A stretch of 62,222 bases of DNA, taken from the IMG/VR virus record IMGVR_UViG_3300042516_003753, positions 1-62,222 of that record; one strand, written 5' to 3'. Below, one piece after another: positions 45,952-54,529 of this stretch (its first letter is position 1; each line of letters opens with the position of its first letter). Source of the DNA: a virus. Its lineage: Duplodnaviria > Caudoviricetes. Made by a program: the position numbers and the translations under genes. The notes below the pieces were generated by a model, which saw only the letters and a list, made by a program, of their open reading frames with translations, ran no database searches and had not been told where the DNA came from.

Positions 45952-46533
45952 TCAGCTATCTGGCAATCTAGTGTCATCTCCAGCATCACCATAAGTTCCC
46001 GCTGCAGGAGTTCCTGAACTAATTCCACTCATGGCAACAAGAACTTCAGATTTGACTCTGAAATTACCCTGTGCATCTACGTAAGTTGTTACCCCAACCC
46101 AACCTGCATGAGAAACTCCATATGCACCTGCTTTTCCACCAACTGTTGTTGTGCGAGCAGCAGCAGTTTCGTAAGTATCAACACCAAACACTGCAGAATA
46201 TCTATTTGATTTTACATCAGGAGCAAAATATTGCCCGTCTTCTAAAGTATATTTTGGTTTTTGTGAAATGGTATATGCAACACCAACCAATCTACCATAA
46301 CCTATAGTTCCTATTCCGGTAATGAATTGTGTTGATGCAATAGAAACATAAGTATTAGATGTAATACCAGAAATTACTGCTTGCCCAAAAGTATTACCAA
46401 CACCGATTGAAATTACATCACCTACCGAAGCATTGGTAAAAGTTGTACCAGATCCAGTAATTGTCTTATTAGACAAATCTACAGTAACTGTTCCTGTCGC
46501 ATATACAGCGTCTGCTTTGCCCCAAAGAGCCAT
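45952..46533 (-). CDS. Virion structural protein
   Basis: MALWG...HAGWVG...RVKSEVLVAMS; late promoter at 46565-46572. Confidence 0.75.
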   Translation of the reverse strand: MALWGKADAVYATGTVTVDLSNKTITGSGTTFTNASVGDVISIGVGNTFGQAVISGITSNTYVSIASTQFITGIGTIGYGRLVGVAYTISQKPKYTLEDGQYFAPDVKSNRYSAVFGVDTYETAAARTTTVGGKAGAYGVSHAGWVGVTTYVDAQGNFRVKSEVLVAMSGISSGTPAAGTYGDAGDDTRLPDS

Positions 46534-46586
46534 GTGCTTTACCTATAAATTCTTTTTCTATTGATATTTATAAAAAAAGGAGACTT

Positions 46587-46751
46587 TTAATTTTTGTCTC
46601 CTTTCTGCAGAATAGTTTTTAAAAAATGAGTAATTAGGTCAAGTAATCCATTCTCCTCAAATCTTTTTGTTTTTGCTAACCATTCAGAAGCAGTTAACAG
46701 TAGACCAAGAAGAATAGTTACTCCCCAATTAGTTACTAAACACGTAATCAT
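46587..46751 (-). CDS. Small membrane protein (holin-like)
   Basis: MITCLVTNWGVTILLGLLLTASEWLAK... Confidence 0.5.
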   Translation of the reverse strand: MITCLVTNWGVTILLGLLLTASEWLAKTKRFEENGLLDLITHFLKTILQKGDKN

Positions 46752-46921
46752 TCTTGTGGTTTAAAGAGAAGTTCTTTAACTGTAGCAAGAACCATATCAT
46801 CAATACTATTGTCAGTTGTTTTTACATATTTTTCAAGAAGTTCAATCACAAGATTTTTAACTGCTGGATGTGTGGCCAACTTAAGAATAAGTGGTTTTAC
46901 CACCGCAACTAATGCATCCAT
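46748..46921 (-). CDS. Hypothetical protein (57 aa)
   Basis: VKNLVIELLEKYVKTTDNSIDD. Confidence 0.6.
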   Translation of the reverse strand: MDALVAVVKPLILKLATHPAVKNLVIELLEKYVKTTDNSIDDMVLATVKELLFKPQE

Positions 46922-46950
46922 GACATTCTCCCTATAAAGAGTATCCTGGG

Positions 46951-48105
46951 TTATTTATCTTTGCCAGTTTTAGTTTTGTGACTCTTAAAACCTTTATTCT
47001 TCATAAACCAAGCAAGAGCATAAATGTTCTTGTCCTTTCCTTCTGGGGTTTTACCTCTAGAAAGTTCAGGATATTTTTTCATCGCTTTCACGGTTCCTTC
47101 AAATCCAGGAGGTGCAACTTCCTGAATATCGTCCCCTTCCTGATTATTATCTTCAGAATAATTTAAAGGAAGTCTGCCAGATCTTTGCAATTGCATAGTT
47201 TGGCGTTGGCGTGTTAAAGCAGCTTGGACTTGTTGCTGTCTAATTTTAAGTTTTTTCTTTTGCTCCTCATCTTGTGAAGAATTTTTTACTGGGGCATCAG
47301 TTTCAGTTTGCTCCATAGTTGGTTTTAAATTAATATACTTAGAGTTATTAACTTTTTCACCAGTTATTGTATCATTTTTCTTTTTTGTCTTTTTTGCTTC
47401 GTTAACAACTTCACCATCTAGATCAAAACTATTATTCAATCCTGTACGATTAGCAATAGCCTTACCAACAGCAGCACGACGCTTTAAAAGATACTTATCG
47501 GATTTATCATTCTTAACACCGTTATTGTTTAGATCGGCATCTTCTTTACCAACAGGATCTAAACCTTTACCTGCTTTTACTTTTGAAGTTTTTTGTCCTT
47601 GCTTATCCTCAGTTTCTTTTGGATGATAACCAGTCATTTCAACTCTTCTAATATTTGGATTTGCACGAAGTTCTGCAATTTTTGCACGAGTTGCCTGGCG
47701 ACGATAGGTATTGCCAGTCTTCTTATCGGTAACAACTACCCAATACTTCTTTTCATCCGCTTCTGCAATATCCTCAACTTCTTCTTCAACAGTAACACCT
47801 TCAACGAAAACTTTAATTAAGGCATTTACTGTAGATTGCTTTGCAAGTTCACCAATTCCATATTCTTCTTTTACGCCACCAGAAAGCTTTTTCTTTGCAA
47901 GTGCTTTAACTGGACCTGGTGCAGGAGAACTTGCTAATTGTGCCAAATATGCTCTAACAACTTGAGCTGGGTTCATATCAGTATGAGCACCCATTTTTTG
48001 TTTAACTTTATATTTTACGTCCGAAGCAAGTTGAGATGCTGCCTTTTCAATATCAGTATCACCAGCGGCATGTCCGCGATGAGGACCAACTGTAGTTTGA
48101 GCCAT
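46951..48105 (-). CDS. Basic protein, putative internal head protein
   Basis: GLDPVGKEDAD.NNNG..DKYL.KRR motif. Confidence 0.7.
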   Translation of the reverse strand: MAQTTVGPHRGHAAGDTDIEKAASQLASDVKYKVKQKMGAHTDMNPAQVVRAYLAQLASSPAPGPVKALAKKKLSGGVKEEYGIGELAKQSTVNALIKVFVEGVTVEEEVEDIAEADEKKYWVVVTDKKTGNTYRRQATRAKIAELRANPNIRRVEMTGYHPKETEDKQGQKTSKVKAGKGLDPVGKEDADLNNNGVKNDKSDKYLLKRRAAVGKAIANRTGLNNSFDLDGEVVNEAKKTKKKNDTITGEKVNNSKYINLKPTMEQTETDAPVKNSSQDEEQKKKLKIRQQQVQAALTRQRQTMQLQRSGRLPLNYSEDNNQEGDDIQEVAPPGFEGTVKAMKKYPELSRGKTPEGKDKNIYALAWFMKNKGFKSHKTKTGKDK

Positions 48106-48119
48106 GGAATTTTTCTAAT

Positions 48120-48719
48120 TTACTTTTTTCTATACTTATTTATGAATTCCCTACCGTATGTAATTAAATCTTGGTTGTAATCAAGAGATCCTGGAGTCTT
48201 ATCAATTACATTTTTAAGATATCCTTCTGTTCCGATTAAAGTATTAGAATGTTTTTCATCTCTCATTTTTGAAGACATATGCTTTTCACTATATGCTTCA
48301 GTAACATCCTTTATCCAAGATTTAAACATAACACCATCTTCAGTTACACAAATCAAATGATTGGTTCCTCTGCGGATTATTTTTCCAACCATTTCATTAA
48401 CTAAACTTTGAACCATATCACCTTCTTTAAATATCTCCCCACTAATGTATTTCTCTCTCAATTCCTGTTCATTAATTGGAGGTGAATTTTGTGGCGTCGA
48501 TACTGATAAATTTTTCTCTTTGGGAGTTTGACGTGGATCTTGCTGTCCAAGTCTCTGCCTCTTGTTATAAAAATGTAATCTACCACCTATGGTTTTTGCT
48601 TCAAATTCACCAGTTTTATTGTTATGCCATCCACCATGCCCATCTCCAACTAACCCAGATCTTTTTGCCTGAAGAGTTGCTAAAGATAAACCTTCAACAA
48701 ATTGAGAAAAATTTTTCAT
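48120..48719 (-). CDS. Hypothetical protein (cyanophage cytidyltransferase-locus termini)
   Basis: GDGHGGW N-terminus and IIRRGTNHLI C-terminus. Confidence 0.65.
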   Translation of the reverse strand: MKNFSQFVEGLSLATLQAKRSGLVGDGHGGWHNNKTGEFEAKTIGGRLHFYNKRQRLGQQDPRQTPKEKNLSVSTPQNSPPINEQELREKYISGEIFKEGDMVQSLVNEMVGKIIRRGTNHLICVTEDGVMFKSWIKDVTEAYSEKHMSSKMRDEKHSNTLIGTEGYLKNVIDKTPGSLDYNQDLITYGREFINKYRKK

Positions 48720-48949
48720 TACTTATGTTTACAGATTTCTGTTGTTATTTCTTTTTCGTTTGCTATTATGTATTGTAAAACACTTAATCTTATCTTTTTA
48801 TATTTATTCTTTGTCTTTTTTTCTCTAGAAGAAATTATCTTATTTTCAAATGTTTTGTAAACGTAAGCAAGAAAATCTTTATATCTAGAGGTTCTTGTTT
48901 TAGAATTACTTTCAAATGAATTAATAATATCAGAAATTATTGAATTCAT
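48719..48949 (-). CDS. Hypothetical basic protein
   Basis: ORF track. Confidence 0.6.
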   Translation of the reverse strand: MNSIISDIINSFESNSKTRTSRYKDFLAYVYKTFENKIISSREKKTKNKYKKIRLSVLQYIIANEKEITTEICKHK

Positions 48950-48972
48950 ATTAATGTTTTATTTTTATTTAG

Positions 48973-49045
48973 TGCCCGTGAGAAGATTCGAACTTCCACT
49001 GTATGGATTCTAAGTCCACTCTCTCTACCGTTGGAGTACACGGGC
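48973..49045 (-). tRNA. tRNA-Leu(TAG) with short variable loop
   Basis: Anticodon arm GTGGA-CTTAGAA-TCCAT. Confidence 0.88.
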
Positions 49046-49048
49046 AAA

Positions 49049-49119
49049 TGGAAAATAGGAGAATCGAACTCCTAATAAGTGCTTGCAAAGCACCCGTTAT
49101 ACCGTTTAACTAATTCCCC
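49049..49119 (-). tRNA. tRNA-Ala(TGC), second copy
   Basis: G3:U70 pair; loop TTTGCAA. Confidence 0.9.
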
Positions 49120-49153
49120 AGAAAACCCCAAAAGGGTCAATTATTTATATAAT

Positions 49154-49672
49154 TTAACGAACGTCTCCCCAAATTTGTATAGTATACCGATAATCATTTG
49201 AATTTGGGGAAACTAGAGTAACCATATGTTTTTCATAATTATCATTAATAATCATCATATTTTCTTGTGGACATATTGCTTTGTAAACTTCATTTGGACA
49301 ATCTCCATCTTTCCAGAGAAAAATTCCACCATCATGCAAATGCCACTCATCATTTAGATATATTGTTGCACCAAAAGCGTGTCCTTCATCGGTATGTAAG
49401 GATATCCCAGAATTACTTTGCCATATGTAATAAAGATATGTTAAAGTCTTATATTTTTTTATAAAATGTTCTTCTGTTTGTTCTATTAGTTGATTGAGAA
49501 TTTTTTCATTAGAAATTTTAGTATAGATACAAGTTCCAGAAGTTCCTTTTAAAAGATTACTATCCCAATTAAAAACATTTGATCTCCAAACATTTTGATT
49601 AATTAAATTTGAAATATCATCTTTACATTCTTCAATTAAACTATCACTTAAAACTTCTTTATATATTCTCAT
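49154..49672 (-). CDS. 2OG-Fe(II) oxygenase (P4H-like)
   Basis: HTD, TIYLN..W...GG, HMV and RYTIQ motifs. Confidence 0.85.
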   Translation of the reverse strand: MRIYKEVLSDSLIEECKDDISNLINQNVWRSNVFNWDSNLLKGTSGTCIYTKISNEKILNQLIEQTEEHFIKKYKTLTYLYYIWQSNSGISLHTDEGHAFGATIYLNDEWHLHDGGIFLWKDGDCPNEVYKAICPQENMMIINDNYEKHMVTLVSPNSNDYRYTIQIWGDVR

Positions 49673-49851
49673 GTTAAGATATTTTCAATTTGATTATCTA
49701 GTGATAAAATAACATTCCTAATATCATTAATTCGGGGAGGTACACTTAATTCATCATAAGTATATCCTTTTTGAGCATCAAAAAGAATTTGACGAACTGC
49801 CGCAGCAGAGCGAACATCCATTTTAATAGTTACTTGTTTTTCTTTAGTCAT
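49669..49851 (-). CDS. Hypothetical protein
   Basis: ORF track, coupled to mazG. Confidence 0.65.
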   Translation of the reverse strand: MTKEKQVTIKMDVRSAAAVRQILFDAQKGYTYDELSVPPRINDIRNVILSLDNQIENILT

Positions 49852-50321
49852 CGGTCATCAGCAGCACGGTTTTCGGAGAAATAAACATCAAAAGCACCTT
49901 CAGGATAACGCTTAAGAAGTTTTTGAACATTTTTGGCAACAACATCATCAATAGAAATATCAAGTGCCATACATGCCTGAGCAACATACCACATAATATC
50001 ACCAAGTTCAATAATTAAATGCTCCCTATTGTCCTCATTATAAGGTTTTCCTTGAAAAACCATTTTCTTGACAATTTCCATGAACTCTCCACCTTCGGCA
50101 TTGATACCCACAGCAGCAGTAAGAAGTCTTTCAATGTTTGCACCTTTCTCATCAAGGGCAACTAAACGATCAGATAAAGCGAGAAAGTCTTTAGATGCAT
50201 CAGAAGTTACAGCATCTACAAACTCAGCATACTTATCAAAATCAACGTGTTTTGCAGTTTCAGTCATAGTGTATTCGGCGTATCCGTTATCTAGTGTTTT
50301 TTTATCGGTTGAAATTGTCAT
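49848..50321 (-). CDS. mazG: MazG-like NTP pyrophosphohydrolase
   Basis: AEGGEFMEIVKK, ELGDIMWY and KL.KRYP motifs. Confidence 0.92.
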   Translation of the reverse strand: MTISTDKKTLDNGYAEYTMTETAKHVDFDKYAEFVDAVTSDASKDFLALSDRLVALDEKGANIERLLTAAVGINAEGGEFMEIVKKMVFQGKPYNEDNREHLIIELGDIMWYVAQACMALDISIDDVVAKNVQKLLKRYPEGAFDVYFSENRAADDR

Positions 50322-50325
50322 AGAT

Positions 50326-51144
50326 TTAAAATTGTTGATTAAAAATAGTATCTAATTTTAAATTATTCCAAATTTGTTTGTGGAAATCATTAAATTCAGA
50401 ATGATTAATATCATTTGGAGTAACATCAATAAAAGTTGCTATTGAAATTCTATCTTTGTCAATATACCATTCTGGATTCATATATAAACTATGAAAATTT
50501 GTCGAGGAGTATAGAACATAAGAATTATACTCTAAAGGGCAAATAAATTCAAGTTTCCAAGGTCCTTCGTTTATTATTTGCCTCCATTTTTTTGGTTGAT
50601 TTGCAGAAGTATTTTCATATACTACAGAACTAAAGAAATTTTTATAATCATAAAATTCGGATACATTCATATCCAATATACTTATTTTATCATTAAAAGA
50701 CCAAAATCCAGTTCCACTTTTATTTTCTGGTGTTAATCCTATATTACCTGCGATATGAGAATTACTTTTTGAAGTATCAAAATCCACAACATCAGTATGA
50801 GGATATTCATACCACGTTTTCATATCACCATTAAAACAATTTACTATAATATCAGAAAAATTTACATCAAAACATCCTAGTGTTTTAGATAAAAAATTTC
50901 CAATATTAATTCCGTAGTTGTTCAAATAATCGGGATATAATGGAAATGATTTTCCAGGTCTAATTATATCTTTTGTTGAAGAAGTATAAAAAGATAATTT
51001 TTTACACAAGTCTAGAAGTTTATCTGGATATTTTAAAAAATCATTTACGATTAAAACTTTTCCAATACCATAATCAATACTTTCAACTATAGTATTATTA
51101 ACTTCAGTGTATTTTTTCCAATCTTGTTCAAAAGAAAAAATCAT
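50326..51144 (-). CDS. 2OG-Fe(II) oxygenase-like protein
   Basis: DFLKYPD, PHTD, GTGFW and FHS motifs. Confidence 0.7.
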   Translation of the reverse strand: MIFSFEQDWKKYTEVNNTIVESIDYGIGKVLIVNDFLKYPDKLLDLCKKLSFYTSSTKDIIRPGKSFPLYPDYLNNYGINIGNFLSKTLGCFDVNFSDIIVNCFNGDMKTWYEYPHTDVVDFDTSKSNSHIAGNIGLTPENKSGTGFWSFNDKISILDMNVSEFYDYKNFFSSVVYENTSANQPKKWRQIINEGPWKLEFICPLEYNSYVLYSSTNFHSLYMNPEWYIDKDRISIATFIDVTPNDINHSEFNDFHKQIWNNLKLDTIFNQQF

Positions 51145-51147
51145 AAT

Positions 51148-51855
51148 TTACACAAAAAAATCTTTTGCTTGATATTCCCAAATTTGATTTGATTTATAAA
51201 ATACTATAATATTTGGATAAAATGAAATACAATTCAAATTTGAATAGATGTTTTCAGAAACTCCATAAGACTTATATTTTTCAATATCCATTTTATTTGG
51301 ATGCCAAACACCATCTGAAGATTGGTATCCTTTCAACCAAGACCAATAATTTATAAGATCACTTAATTTTTTAGAATAATTTACAAAAGAATTTGAATTA
51401 TATCCACCACCACAAACACTCCAATATGATGTATGAATATCTTCAACTATATAAATCCCACCAGGATTCATTTTTGGAAATAAGTATTCAAAAGTTTTTA
51501 TTTGATCCCTGTTTTGATGACTTCCATCATCAATAACAATATCAAATGGTCCATTTTCAAAATTAACAATATCTAAGAGTTTTTCATCTTTTTGATCTCC
51601 AATATAAACTTTACCAATATTGGAAGTTACTGGTAAAATATCAATTCCACATATTTTTGAATTGGGAAATATTTTTTGGTATGCTTGCATACCAGTTCCA
51701 TTATCAACTCCAATTTCAAGAATATTAATTTTTTTGTTTAGATTAAATCCTTTAAAAATATTTTTATAGATATCCCAATAAACTATATGTTTACTAGAAT
51801 ATCCAGGAGTTTTATAAAACTCTTTTATTTCATCAAAGACATTAATTTTAGTCAT
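51148..51855 (-). CDS. Class I SAM methyltransferase (sugar O-methyltransferase-like)
   Basis: LEIGV, GDQ, IDDGSH and GGIYIVEDIHTSYW motifs. Confidence 0.85.
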   Translation of the reverse strand: MTKINVFDEIKEFYKTPGYSSKHIVYWDIYKNIFKGFNLNKKINILEIGVDNGTGMQAYQKIFPNSKICGIDILPVTSNIGKVYIGDQKDEKLLDIVNFENGPFDIVIDDGSHQNRDQIKTFEYLFPKMNPGGIYIVEDIHTSYWSVCGGGYNSNSFVNYSKKLSDLINYWSWLKGYQSSDGVWHPNKMDIEKYKSYGVSENIYSNLNCISFYPNIIVFYKSNQIWEYQAKDFFV

Positions 51856-51867
51856 ACTTATTAGTTT

Positions 51868-53247
51868 TTAAAACTTAAATCCTTCAAAAGATTTTTTAGG
51901 TTTTTTATCTTCATAATCATTATACTCGTCATCCTGCCCACTGTCAAGTATATCTTTTTGAGCAGTTTGTTCACAATCGTACAATCTCATTTTGGCACGA
52001 TCAATACCAACAATAAAGCGTTTATATACTGTTGGATCATTATAACGATTTTTCAATTGCTTCACCATAATCTGTCCCAACTGTTCCAATTCTTCTGTGC
52101 TAATAAGGGCAAACATAAGATCAGCAGTAGCAGGCAGACCAAATGATTCAGAAGTATCAGTAAGTTCAACATCAGAGTTACCATAACCACTACGAGTAGT
52201 TTGGGTAGCAGAGACAATTGGTACATTAAATTCAACTGCCAATCCACGAAGTTCTTCTGCAATTGCTTTAATATAAGAATAAGAATTAACAGAAAGGTTT
52301 GATTTATACCTACTAGAAGCACAAATATTGAGATAATCAATAAAAATAATATCAGGTCTAAATGACTTCTTAAGTGCAAGTTCATTAAGAAGAGATTTAA
52401 AGTGTCCACTGTGTGCAGATGCAGTTGGATATTCCTTAATTATAAGAGTTCCCTGAGTTTTCTTCGAGAGGTTTGTAACCTTATTCTCAAACGTTTGCCG
52501 AGGAAGTTCTACCAATTGTTGAATAGGAACATTCAGAAGGTTTGCATCAATACGTTCAGCAATTTTCTCCTCTGCCATCTCCAATGTAATGTAAAGCACA
52601 TTATGTCCGTTAAGCACACAGGAGCTCGCCATGTGACACATGAAAAGAGATTTACCAACACCTGTCCCAGCAAGAGCGATATTAAGAGTCTTGTTAGGAA
52701 GACCACCTTTTGTAACTTTGTTGAAATATTCCAAATCAAACGGAATACGATCTTCTTTGCGGTGATAAGCATCATAACGTTCCTCATAATCTTGAAGATA
52801 ATCATGACCAACATGATTATCAAACGATACTGCTAGGGCATTTGAAAGAATAGTTGGAATAGCATCTCTGTTTTTCTTTTCATCATTTCCATCGGCAATA
52901 TGGATAGATTCTATTAGGGCAAGATAAATTGCACGATCACGGCACCATTTTTCAGTAGTATCAAGCAACCACTGATTTTCTACTGGTGCATTATGAAAAA
53001 GTTGAGATGTTTCTCTAATTTCTTTGATTTCCGTTTCGGATAAATCCGTGCGATTCTCTATTTCAATGTTTAAAACTTCTGGCGTAATTGCAGACCCATA
53101 TTTGATAATGAATTTAGCAACCTCATCAAAAATGATTTTTTCCGACCTTTTCTCAAAATAATCTGGTTGTATGAATGGTATAACTTTGCGCGAGTAAGTT
53201 TCATTAAAAATCAAATTTCGTAGAATGGTTGTTTCAATTCGTTCCAT
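51868..53247 (-). CDS. Replicative DNA helicase (gp41)
   Basis: LAGTGVGKS, IDYLNIC and SESFGLPATAD motifs. Confidence 0.96.
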   Translation of the reverse strand: MERIETTILRNLIFNETYSRKVIPFIQPDYFEKRSEKIIFDEVAKFIIKYGSAITPEVLNIEIENRTDLSETEIKEIRETSQLFHNAPVENQWLLDTTEKWCRDRAIYLALIESIHIADGNDEKKNRDAIPTILSNALAVSFDNHVGHDYLQDYEERYDAYHRKEDRIPFDLEYFNKVTKGGLPNKTLNIALAGTGVGKSLFMCHMASSCVLNGHNVLYITLEMAEEKIAERIDANLLNVPIQQLVELPRQTFENKVTNLSKKTQGTLIIKEYPTASAHSGHFKSLLNELALKKSFRPDIIFIDYLNICASSRYKSNLSVNSYSYIKAIAEELRGLAVEFNVPIVSATQTTRSGYGNSDVELTDTSESFGLPATADLMFALISTEELEQLGQIMVKQLKNRYNDPTVYKRFIVGIDRAKMRLYDCEQTAQKDILDSGQDDEYNDYEDKKPKKSFEGFKF

Positions 53248-54241
53248 AGGAGAATTCACGTTTGGCAATATCATCAAGTTGTTGCATTACTTCTTCGGTA
53301 AAATACACTTCAGGTTCTTTAAGAATCTGTTTAGCATATAATTTCTTTCCATCAATTTCATAACGACCTGCTGTATTTTTCCAAAGACCACCGATTTCGC
53401 CAAGTTCAAGTAATCCATAATAACGATCCAAACCACGTTCATCATAAAACAAACGTACTTCAACATCTTTATTCTCCTTACTCAAACGCGACTTAGCAGT
53501 CTTTGCTTTGATAATGTTTCCAACCACTTCCGTTCCATCTTTTTCTTTTTTCTTTGAGAGATAAATGATACTAGAAGCAGCATACTTAAGACCACTACCT
53601 CCACCCATTTCTTTAGTAGGAACGTAAGCACCAATAACATCATAAGTATGATTGGTTACAATCATTGGAATTTTTGCTTGCCCAAGTTTAAGGGTAAGCA
53701 TACGGAATGCGCCTTTAATAAGTTGCGATTTAGTCATGTCCCGAACTTCTTTATCATTCAAGGCATCATTAATTTCCTTACTTGTGGAAAGCATTCCCAA
53801 AGAGTCTAGCACAAAAATGCAAGGTTTGCGCTCACCTTCGGGTTTTTTCATATACAGGTCTACTGCCTTGAGCGCCGTTCCGCGAAACTCTTCAACAGTA
53901 ACAACATTGACAACCACAAGACGAGAAGTATCAATTCCACGCGATTCTACAAGACCTTTGGTAATAGCAGCCTCAGTATCAAAGTAGAGGCAATAACCAT
54001 CGGGATGAATATCCAGAAAATTCTTAACAACGGCGAGGCTGAAGAAAGTTTTTCCAGTACTAGACTCTCCAGCAATAGCAGTAATCTTATTGCCAGATAC
54101 GCCGCCAAATATGCTACCTGAAACCAGTGCATTAAAAATATATGAACCCGTGTCAACATAACTTTCAGTCTCATCAATATCTGAAGCAAGTTGCGTATAC
54201 TCGCCACCAATTTCTTTTACAATATCTTTAAGAAAATCCAT
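53234..54241 (-). CDS. uvsX: RecA-like recombinase UvsX
   Basis: GESSTGKT, LDSLG and MGGGSG motifs. Confidence 0.95.
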   Translation of the reverse strand: MDFLKDIVKEIGGEYTQLASDIDETESYVDTGSYIFNALVSGSIFGGVSGNKITAIAGESSTGKTFFSLAVVKNFLDIHPDGYCLYFDTEAAITKGLVESRGIDTSRLVVVNVVTVEEFRGTALKAVDLYMKKPEGERKPCIFVLDSLGMLSTSKEINDALNDKEVRDMTKSQLIKGAFRMLTLKLGQAKIPMIVTNHTYDVIGAYVPTKEMGGGSGLKYAASSIIYLSKKKEKDGTEVVGNIIKAKTAKSRLSKENKDVEVRLFYDERGLDRYYGLLELGEIGGLWKNTAGRYEIDGKKLYAKQILKEPEVYFTEEVMQQLDDIAKREFSYGTN

Positions 54242-54368
54242 TTTTTGTATTCCTTTGAAATTTAAACGACCACAATTTTGCATACAAGTCTTTATGCTTG
54301 TCTTTATGTTTTTCCAATAATTCCATAATGACAATTAAATCTTTATCTGTTATTGGTAATGTTATCAT
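54228..54368 (-). CDS. Hypothetical protein (46 aa)
   Basis: MITLPITDKDL...LYAKLWS. Confidence 0.5.
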   Translation of the reverse strand: MITLPITDKDLIVIMELLEKHKDKHKDLYAKLWSFKFQRNTKNGFS

Positions 54369-54529
54369 GCCACCATACCATACTCTTCACGAAGTATTTT
54401 TTTATAGGGCAAACCTTGCTCTTTAAGATTCTTAACTAATTTTAACTTTTGATAGAGTGCAGTATCCCCACCCAAAGTTAATGCACTAATAATAGTGTTT
54501 AGTTCTTCGTCGTTAATAGGTAAATCCAT
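54365..54529 (-). CDS. Hypothetical protein (54 aa)
   Basis: MDLPINDEELNTIISALTLGGDTALYQKLK... Confidence 0.6.
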   Translation of the reverse strand: MDLPINDEELNTIISALTLGGDTALYQKLKLVKNLKEQGLPYKKILREEYGMVA

